A DNA stretch of 32,000 bases from Patescibacteria group bacterium (GTDB lineage: Bacteria > Patescibacteriota > Minisyncoccia > UBA6257 > HR35). Where the stretch lies: NCBI GenBank assembly GCA_030549845.1, contig JAUQQN010000001.1, positions 270,596 to 302,595 of the forward strand, given 5' to 3'. Positions 18,301-24,486 of the stretch are shown here, in pieces; position 1 is the first letter of the stretch, and every line of letters starts with the position of its first letter. Made by a program: the position numbers and the translations under genes. The notes under the pieces were generated by a model. The model did not search any database. It worked only from the letters and a program-made list of their open reading frames with translations, and was not told where the DNA came from.

Positions 18301-18665
18301 GAACTTGCTATAGCTTTATTTGTTTCTGGAGCTCCTACTGGAACTTTTCCAATTAGTGAACCTAAAATAGATTCTACTGCTTCAATTATTAAACTGGATA
18401 AGAAATCTCTAATCAAGCTTTCAAAAAACCCAGGGCCTTTTGGAAGATTCCCGGCAAAAGCGTCTAATTCTGTTATATAATCAGTTGTTGATGTTGAAAA
18501 TTCTTCGGTTTCTTCAATTTCAATAGGTTTTAAATTGCATTGTAATTTATAAGAAGATAAATCAATTTTTTCAGGGAAATCATCTGATTGAGAAAATATA
18601 AATCTTACTGGCAAGGCATTGAATAAAATAACAAAGATTATAAAAATTGATAAAAATTTTTTCAT
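15357..18665 (-). CDS. Giant (1102 aa) secreted Cys-containing coiled-coil protein of unknown family
   Basis: Signal peptide MKKFLSIFIIFVILFNALPVRFIFSQS. Cys residues are scattered through the protein. A long N/I/S-rich coiled coil spans roughly 16566-16988. The C-terminus is hydrophobic/amphipathic (IFNIGVGFLANIFEIINIF). Confidence 0.7.
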   Translation of the reverse strand: MKKFLSIFIIFVILFNALPVRFIFSQSDDFPEKIDLSSYKLQCNLKPIEIEETEEFSTSTTDYITELDAFAGNLPKGPGFFESLIRDFLSSLIIEAVESILGSLIGKVPVGAPETNKAIASSIKEATKNVLASIKTSIHLALQDALQYFKFQLINKLNEFIYGRILKNYIKDIEAYRNFKIFLEHQRVFNRIFNKYKEQPCIPEELKGCLINLLYSTKDLSYEVARNAENSIKLMGFLNAFYKYQEFNIASKRICEKYEEQQVYKNLELIQPASLQEENLYSLKKPETYVAKIEKPSFKMLANIFGTIKNKLNFKKLLAQIYPDSEFSAIQTIFFDYNKPILDAAKISNCLLIQDRYAAALIEALNKEHEQFQTQIQQPGGLTFKPKTQCLKTWADVEYEEVSRQLEDAMLKGDKTQIDKLDKKLQEIKQKIEAQKDIPGEDPNCLIPGPTLSSPADYEKLKEQILTSPLEIFKSQERATNVLVAFIRSWLSSKLFKIIDKGFASLEARSSSNSSYMADIKNAYRPERVNVVCNEFQVVSIPGSQQVCKSAMESQLRKITEIEKGNLIGLNSRVINIVKAINQLMNNIQDYTSTSERSKNEIDNIIQKLKEEQTTESIERLNEIVYNFKNLENELNEISNSISSNTTTLEKLINQNILNQIDSITASYTEKINKLDEQINSIKSQIDNLIREINSKISQSLYGASNLYSNKIAIFFERYIDLERPPLDLDDNYFPRDYIAVATGTKIYRVGEGTKYTDCAPSLGKREKLSFFNDFYPTHITNCMKDKDYEFFRRRFHYSQLDTDFHDGTDWKYGYQQPEYKIYFIVHDLIHIFYSLYNSPASKSGIQQENLVMASYNFLTNLITNPPSTTPEAIQNDLNKLYDYFNALENYASNTMEYAKRTNILEWEFAISKVPNKWSAEKGEAIYLRMDESLELILKTSKAFKEVIELYRNSTQQNQDFWTKLQELNNLQQQKDQLIQEMQKETDKIWEDYLSQFKPEEIQSIQTNIEQNLDRINEKIEEINNLCEEYNSLIDKIEEEINNKLIQQQEEELPAEESTSQSLPEKTQRVSLIKRIFNIGVGFLANIFEIINIFKPKKIYIK

Positions 18666-19321
18666 AATTTTTCTAAAATTTTTTCTTGTAAATTTGCTAA
18701 ATCGTTAAGAATTAATAATAACGAAGTTCCTTTTTCTGAATCTTCTGTATTAGAAAGTTCAACCAGAGCCTCTCCTAACATCCCTAGTATTATTACTTCT
18801 AATTTGTGAAATTCATAATAACTTTTAGGTACCTCTATTTTAGAAATATTATTTGCCACACTTAAAATATATTGTCCATTGGCCCTTAAATTGTTTTTAT
18901 CATTAAAATCTAAATTAACATATTTTAAATTTTCTATTTCTTTTTTAAGTTCCTCAGCATATACTCTTTCATCCTTTAGGTTGTTTATTTTTATATTTTT
19001 TACATAATTGTCTATTTTTTTAATTAATTTTGCCTCAAGTTCAATTCTTTTTCCTCCTGTACTTATCATCTCTGCTTTTAAATAATCCAAGGCTGCTTTT
19101 TCTAAATATAAATCCTTACCTTCTAATACTTGTAATAAATCTTTAAACTCAGGATATTTGTTAAGTTCAGATTTGTAAAAATTAACGTCCTTTTTATAAT
19201 TTGTTTTCTTGCTTTGGGTTTTAGAACCTGATATTAAAGAAATAAACCCTAAAATAAAAATTATGAATAGAAAGAATAAGATGATAAGCAATAATAATTT
19301 TTTGTTTTTTAAAATTTTCAT
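18662..19321 (-). CDS. Hypothetical N-terminally anchored helical protein; first gene of the T4SS-like operon
   Basis: N-terminal TM (LLLLIILFFLFIIFILGFISLI). ATGA overlap with the 1102-aa gene. The ATG lies 5 nt downstream of tRNA-Thr. Confidence 0.6.
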   Translation of the reverse strand: MKILKNKKLLLLIILFFLFIIFILGFISLISGSKTQSKKTNYKKDVNFYKSELNKYPEFKDLLQVLEGKDLYLEKAALDYLKAEMISTGGKRIELEAKLIKKIDNYVKNIKINNLKDERVYAEELKKEIENLKYVNLDFNDKNNLRANGQYILSVANNISKIEVPKSYYEFHKLEVIILGMLGEALVELSNTEDSEKGTSLLLILNDLANLQEKILEKL

Positions 19322-19326
19322 AGTTG

Positions 19327-19398
19327 AGCCAGTAGCGGGATTCGAACCCGCAACCTACCGCTTACGAAGCGGTCGCTCTACCATTGAGCTATACTGGC
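19327..19398 (-). tRNA. tRNA-Thr (anticodon CGU)
   Basis: Hand-folded 72-nt cloverleaf: GCCAGTA/TA/GCTC-AATGGTA-GAGC/G/ACCGC-TTCGTAA-GCGGT/AGGTT/GCGGG-TTCGAAT-CCCGC/TACTGGC/T. No encoded CCA. Confidence 0.9.
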
Positions 19399-19421
19399 TT
19401 ATTAAATAAATTTTAAAACAA

Positions 19422-19706
19422 CTATTCTTCAAAATTTTCAGGCAAAATAATAACACTTTCTCCTGGTTCAGCTAGATTAAGCTTTTCTTTTAATTCTTTT
19501 TTAAAATTTTCTGGATCACTTAAATATTCTAATCTGCTTTTAAGTTTATTATTTTCGTTTAACTTTCTTTCTAAATAATTTTTGTAAATATAAATTTCAT
19601 CTTTTAAGGGTTTATTAAATCTCATTTCTTTTACTATTAAAAAACCTAAATAAATTATTATTAGAATTTCTAAAATAAGCAGAAATTTATAAAGATTTTT
19701 AAACAT
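19422..19706 (-). CDS. FtsB/DivIC-like septum formation initiator
   Basis: 94 aa with an N-terminal TM, a coiled coil (NNKLKSRLEYL), and a C-terminal ...KLNLAEPGESVIILPE, typical of the family. Confidence 0.6.
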   Translation of the reverse strand: MFKNLYKFLLILEILIIIYLGFLIVKEMRFNKPLKDEIYIYKNYLERKLNENNKLKSRLEYLSDPENFKKELKEKLNLAEPGESVIILPENFEE

Positions 19707-20034
19707 TTTCGTATACTTTTATTTTCACCTTTTTACCCAAAGATACTGTAATTAATAAGATTTTAAACTCATCTATTTTATTTTTATTTACTAAATAGTT
19801 AATCAGATTATGAAATTTTTTAGTTTTTTTGTTGGTATAATGCCAAGAAGGGTCGTAATTTTTATTTGTTTTTAAAGTTTTAACTTCTATAAAATAATAA
19901 ATATTATTCTTTTTAGCTATGATATCAATTTCTCCATACCTTTTAAACCACAAATTTTTTTCTAAAACCTCATACCCTTTTCTTTTTAAGAATTCAGCTG
20001 CAATTTTTTCTCCTAAATAACCCACTTTGTTCAT
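19699..20034 (-). CDS. yraN: YraN-family (UPF0102) endonuclease-like protein
   Basis: GEKIAAEFLKRKGYEVLEKN....GEIDIIAKK...YYFIEVKT matches the YraN signature. Confidence 0.8.
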   Translation of the reverse strand: MNKVGYLGEKIAAEFLKRKGYEVLEKNLWFKRYGEIDIIAKKNNIYYFIEVKTLKTNKNYDPSWHYTNKKTKKFHNLINYLVNKNKIDEFKILLITVSLGKKVKIKVYENV

Positions 20035-20525
20035 CTAAAAAATCTTCTATACATTAATTCCCATTTAGGAACAGCCTCTTCATATTCATCAAGGAATTCT
20101 CTTAAAGTTTTTCTTAATTCTTCCATATCAATAAGAAATTCTTCAATAGGTATGATAGCGCCTATGGTAAAAATATGCTTAGGTACAAAATACAAATAGT
20201 ATTTATCTTCTATTTTAAAAATTTCAAACCCGATAATTTCATCCCAAGTATATTTTTTATTATTTATAGAAATCCCTTCTTGATTCAATACTATTTTTAA
20301 TTCTTTTGTTTCATAAAATATAGGGTGAAAAAAAAAGAAAAGGGCTATGAAAGAAATTACTAAAAAAAGAAAATCTTTTGCGATTATAGAATATAAAATC
20401 GATGCACCTACTACAACCCCCCAAAATAAATGCCATAAAATATCGCCATAAGGATGTTCGTCATGAGAAGTAGTAACCCATGAAAATGAAAAAGAGGGTA
20501 TTCTATCTTCTTTTGCCATTATCAA
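20031..20525 (-). CDS. Hypothetical membrane protein (2 TM plus a small C-terminal domain)
   Basis: Two hydrophobic helices (aa ~35-75). ATGA-type overlap with yraN. Confidence 0.5.
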   Translation of the reverse strand: MIMAKEDRIPSFSFSWVTTSHDEHPYGDILWHLFWGVVVGASILYSIIAKDFLFLVISFIALFFFFHPIFYETKELKIVLNQEGISINNKKYTWDEIIGFEIFKIEDKYYLYFVPKHIFTIGAIIPIEEFLIDMEELRKTLREFLDEYEEAVPKWELMYRRFFR

Positions 20526-20554
20526 TTAATTTTTTATAATAATTAAATTATAAA

Positions 20555-22960
20555 ATGAGTTACCCGTTTAAAAAAATAGAAAAAAAGTGGCAAAAGATTT
20601 GGAAAAAAAATAAATACAAAAACTGGAAAGCTAAGGATTTTAAGGGTAAAAAAATTTATATTTTAGATATGTTTCCTTACCCTTCAGGTGAGGGATTGCA
20701 TGTCGGCCATGTAGAAGGGTATACTGCAACAGACATTTTAGCAAGATATTATCGTATGAAAGGATATAATGTTCTCCATCCTATGGGGTGGGATGCTTTT
20801 GGTTTACCTGCTGAGAATTATGCATTAAAGATGAAAAAAAATCCAATGACATTTGTTCCTAAAAATATCAAAAGATATAAAAATCAAATGGAAATGATAG
20901 GGTTAAGCTATGATTGGGATAGAGAAATAAATACAACTGATCCAAATTATTATAAATGGACCCAATGGATGTTCTTGAAAATGTATGAAAAAGGTTTAGT
21001 TTATCAAAAAACTGCGCCTATTAATTTTTGCCCTTCATGCAAAACAGGATTGGCAAATGAAGAAGTTATTGGAGGTAGGTGTGAAAGGTGCGGAAGTATT
21101 ACAGAAGTGAAATACCTTAATCAATGGCATATTAAAATAACAGCTTATGCAGATAGGTTATTAGAAGATTTGGATGAACTTGATTGGCCTGAAAATGTCA
21201 AAGAAATGCAAAGAAATTGGATAGGAAAAAGTGAGGGTTATGAAGTAACATTCAAAATTGCAGGAGAAGAAAAAGAAATTATTATTTTTACCACAAGATT
21301 GGATACAATTTTCGGTGCAACATTTGTAGTATTAGCTCCTGAACATCCTTTAAGTGCAAAAATTCCTGAAGAAGAATACGTTTCTAATGTGGAAAGCTAT
21401 ATAGAAAATTCACTTAAAAGGCCCGAAAGAGAAAGGAAAATAGAAGAAGAAATGTCAGGAGTTTTTACTGGTAGGTATGCTATCCATCCTATAACTGGCG
21501 AAAGAATACCTATATGGGTAAGCGACTATGTTCTTTATTATTATGGCACTGGAGCTATAATGGGAGTTCCTGCACATGACTCAAGAGATTATAGGTTTGC
21601 TAAAAAATTTGGATTAAAAATAATATCTGTGGTTTCACCAAATAAAAACGAAGAACCCCAAAATCTTCCATTTGAAGATTACGGATATTTAATAAACTCA
21701 TTTGATTATAATGGTTTAGATTCAAAAACGGCGATAGAAGAAATAGGTAAATATTTAGAAGAAAAAGGATTAGCTAAAAAAGCTGTTTATTATAAATTAA
21801 GAGATTGGGTATTTTCAAGGCAAAGATATTGGGGAGAACCAATTCCTTTAATAAAGTGTCCAAAATGCGGCATAGTTCCTGTCCCAGAAAAAGATTTGCC
21901 CCTTAAGTTACCTAAGGTCAAAAGCTATGAACCAACAGGTACGGGAGAGTCCCCATTAAAGAATATTACAAAATGGGTGAAAACCAAATGTCCAAAATGT
22001 AAAAGTGATGCTGAAAGAGAAACTCATACAATGCCACAATGGGCCGGATCCTGTTGGTATTATCTAAGATATATAGATCCTAAGAATAATAAAAAATTTG
22101 CTGGTTTTCAAAAATTAAAATATTGGTTGCCAGTGGATATATATGTAGGCGGAGTAGAGCATGCTGTTTTGCATTTACTTTATGCTAGATTCTGGCATAA
22201 ATTCTTATACGATTTAAACCTTGTTCCTACCAAAGAACCGTTTATGAAACTAGTAAATCAAGGAATTATTTTAGGGCCAGATCATGAGAAAATGTCAAAA
22301 TCAAGAGGTAATGTTATAAATCCAGACGAAGTTATCGAAAAATATGGAGCAGATACTTTGAGGATGTATGAAATGTTTATGGGTCCATTAGAAGCTGTTA
22401 AGCCTTGGGATACAAAAGGAATCATAGGAATTTTTAGATTTTTAAATAAAGTTTGGGAATATAATAAAAAGGTTAGAAAAAGTAAGAAGAAAAAAGAAGA
22501 CACTAAAATAAATATAGAACTTAACAAAACAATTAAAAAAGTTACTGAAGATATAGAAGCCATGAAATTTAATACAGCGATAAGTTCTATGATGGAATTT
22601 TTAAACTATGTGTGGGACAAAGAAGTAACCAAAACTACTTGGCTTAATTTTATAAAAATTTTATTTCCTTTTGCACCACACATAACTCAAGAAATTTGGT
22701 CTCAATACAAAAAAGGATTTTTAGATAAAGAAGCTTGGCCCAAATATGATGAAAAATTACTAAAGGAAAAAGAAAAACTAATAATAATTCAAATAAATGG
22801 CAAAAAAAGAGATGAAATGAGCGTTGATGTAAGTGCTTCATTAGAGGAAATTCAAAAAGAAGCGCTAGAAAGAACAAAAGTTAAGAAATTTTTAGAGAAT
22901 AAAAAAGTCCATAAAATAATATTTGTCCAAGATAAAATTTTAAATATAGTTACAGATTAA
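20555..22960 (+). CDS. leuS: Leucyl-tRNA synthetase
   Basis: HIGH motif (PYPSGEGLHVGHVEGY), KMSKS (EKMSKSRGN), Zn-finger Cys pairs (CPSC...CERC), 801 aa. Confidence 0.97.
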   Translation: MSYPFKKIEKKWQKIWKKNKYKNWKAKDFKGKKIYILDMFPYPSGEGLHVGHVEGYTATDILARYYRMKGYNVLHPMGWDAFGLPAENYALKMKKNPMTFVPKNIKRYKNQMEMIGLSYDWDREINTTDPNYYKWTQWMFLKMYEKGLVYQKTAPINFCPSCKTGLANEEVIGGRCERCGSITEVKYLNQWHIKITAYADRLLEDLDELDWPENVKEMQRNWIGKSEGYEVTFKIAGEEKEIIIFTTRLDTIFGATFVVLAPEHPLSAKIPEEEYVSNVESYIENSLKRPERERKIEEEMSGVFTGRYAIHPITGERIPIWVSDYVLYYYGTGAIMGVPAHDSRDYRFAKKFGLKIISVVSPNKNEEPQNLPFEDYGYLINSFDYNGLDSKTAIEEIGKYLEEKGLAKKAVYYKLRDWVFSRQRYWGEPIPLIKCPKCGIVPVPEKDLPLKLPKVKSYEPTGTGESPLKNITKWVKTKCPKCKSDAERETHTMPQWAGSCWYYLRYIDPKNNKKFAGFQKLKYWLPVDIYVGGVEHAVLHLLYARFWHKFLYDLNLVPTKEPFMKLVNQGIILGPDHEKMSKSRGNVINPDEVIEKYGADTLRMYEMFMGPLEAVKPWDTKGIIGIFRFLNKVWEYNKKVRKSKKKKEDTKINIELNKTIKKVTEDIEAMKFNTAISSMMEFLNYVWDKEVTKTTWLNFIKILFPFAPHITQEIWSQYKKGFLDKEAWPKYDEKLLKEKEKLIIIQINGKKRDEMSVDVSASLEEIQKEALERTKVKKFLENKKVHKIIFVQDKILNIVTD

Positions 22961-23319
22961 AATCCAGAAGCACTACCATAGCCAGTAATAGTACCCACAG
23001 TTGGTATAGGTATAGGATGGGGAAATGCAGGTTTTAAGCATACGCCTCCTGGGATCCACCAACCAAGCATTTTAGTTCCAGGAACAGGGGGATAAATAAA
23101 CATCATATACCTATTAGAACCTGCAGGTACAAAATATGGCCCAGGTGGTATAGAAATAGAACCAACTGGTGGTTGTACTTTTATCATAACTCCTCCATTT
23201 AAGCAAGGAAAAGGAGAGATCCAAACTACTCTAGGGGTACCAAAAGGAAGTCCTACTGCATAAGTTTTTGTGCTTATTAATAAAAATAACAATAAGAGAA
23301 GAAACAAAAGTTTTTTCAT
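22957..23319 (-). CDS. Small secreted Pro/Gly-rich protein (120 aa), unknown family
   Basis: Signal peptide MKKLLFLLLLLFLLISTKTYA. The mature part is rich in P, G, W and I and has two Cys. The region is visibly GC-richer than its surroundings. The ATG directly abuts tRNA-Ile, and the stop overlaps the leuS stop (TTAA). Confidence 0.55.
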   Translation of the reverse strand: MKKLLFLLLLLFLLISTKTYAVGLPFGTPRVVWISPFPCLNGGVMIKVQPPVGSISIPPGPYFVPAGSNRYMMFIYPPVPGTKMLGWWIPGGVCLKPAFPHPIPIPTVGTITGYGSASGF

Positions 23320-23391
23320 TGCGGCTGGGAGGATTCGAACCTCCGACCTGGTGTTTATAAGACACCCGCTCTACCACTGAGCTACAGCCGC
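23320..23391 (-). tRNA. tRNA-Ile with unmodified-type anticodon UAU
   Basis: Hand-folded: GCGGCTG/TA/GCTC-AGTGGTA-GAGC/G/GGTGT-CTTATAA-ACACC/AGGTC/GGAGG-TTCGAAT-CCTCC/CAGCCGC/A. The anticodon loop C-T-TAT-A-A gives TAT. Confidence 0.85.
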
Positions 23392-23411
23392 TTATTATAT
23401 AATTTTACTAC

Positions 23412-23780
23412 TTATTCTAGAGGAATTTTCTTAACTCCTTCTGATCTAATCTTAGGAATTCTTATCATTAATATTCCATCTTTTAAGGAAGCTTTAATAT
23501 TTTCTGTATCAACATCTCTTGGAAGAATTATTGTCTTTGAAAAAGGACCCCAATAACATTCTCTATAAAGATAATCTGTAATTCTTGGATTTTCAGGAGG
23601 CAACCTTTTACCTCTTATTATTAACATATCACCGTGAACCAAAATCTCTATATCATTCATAGTAACCCCAGAAATAGGTGATACTATAACTAGTTCATCA
23701 TCTTTTAAATAAACATCTACAGCTAATTGTCCTTCTTCTTCGCTTAAGTTTAATGGATGCTCATGTTCCCACTCTGTCAT
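23412..23780 (-). CDS. Hsp20/alpha-crystallin small heat-shock protein
   Basis: Alpha-crystallin pattern LAVDVYLKDDELVIVSPISGV..DIEILVHGDMLIIRGKR...FSKTIILPRDVD...IKASLKDGILMIRIPK. Confidence 0.88.
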   Translation of the reverse strand: MTEWEHEHPLNLSEEEGQLAVDVYLKDDELVIVSPISGVTMNDIEILVHGDMLIIRGKRLPPENPRITDYLYRECYWGPFSKTIILPRDVDTENIKASLKDGILMIRIPKIRSEGVKKIPLE

Positions 23781-24486
23781 CTTTTATCTTTAATATTTTA
23801 AATTGAATTAAAACTAAAAGAAAAACAGCCCATAAAATTGGAAAAATATAAATTCTTATATCATCTTTAATTATAAAAATATTATAAATAAAATGCAAAA
23901 GGGTTGAAGAAATAAATGCTACAATAAAAGGTAAAATCCTTCTAATTTTGATTGAAATACCATACCCAAAGCCAATTATTAATGAAGCTAATAAATGTAA
24001 AAAATTTGCCCCCAAAAATCTCAAAATAGAGATAATTATTACTAAAAATATAGAAACAACAAACTGATAGTTTAATTCAAGAAAACTCTTACATAAATAA
24101 GCAAATGTTTCTAAAAAACTAAAACCTATAGCAGAAAATCCCATATATATCATAGCATCTACAGGTTCGTCAAAATATTTTGTTGGAAATATAAAAAGAA
24201 AAATTAAAAAAAACTTTAAAAATTCTTCTATAAATGCGCTTAAGAAAAAATATAAATAACTATCAGAACTACCTAATGCAAGATAAGTCCAATACTCGCC
24301 ATAATAACTTATAATAGTCGCTAAAAATCCCAAGAGAATCGAAAAAATTATTAAATATCTAGGTTCAGGATGAGGGTCCTCATTTAATATAAATTCTAAA
24401 TAAATCCAAATAGGTACTAATGTTGTAAAGAAAAGAATAAATATATTTGGATATCTAAGACAAGTAATTAAATCTGTTGTGGCCAC
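23761..24486 (-). CDS. prsW: PrsW-family intramembrane metalloprotease
   Basis: Polytopic membrane protein with an EEFLKF motif and a downstream HFIYN (HxxxN/D) motif. Confidence 0.7.
   Translation of the reverse strand: MATTDLITCLRYPNIFILFFTTLVPIWIYLEFILNEDPHPEPRYLIIFSILLGFLATIISYYGEYWTYLALGSSDSYLYFFLSAFIEEFLKFFLIFLFIFPTKYFDEPVDAMIYMGFSAIGFSFLETFAYLCKSFLELNYQFVVSIFLVIIISILRFLGANFLHLLASLIIGFGYGISIKIRRILPFIVAFISSTLLHFIYNIFIIKDDIRIYIFPILWAVFLLVLIQFKILKIKDDRVGT

Noticed and set aside
5262-19398. Reading the T4SS-like cluster as an integrative conjugative element inserted at tRNA-Thr
   Set aside because: I see no integrase, relaxase or coupling protein. There is no copy of the tRNA-Thr 3' end (agccagtagcgggattcgaacc) near the far boundary. 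Composition and the overlap style of gene packing match the flanking core genes. This cannot be fully excluded without the whole genome.
19209-19409. 66-aa plus-strand ORF ending ...VAGFEPATYRLRSGRSTIELYWLIK
   Set aside because: Its 3' half is the antisense translation of tRNA-Thr, and its 5' half is antisense to the 219-aa gene.
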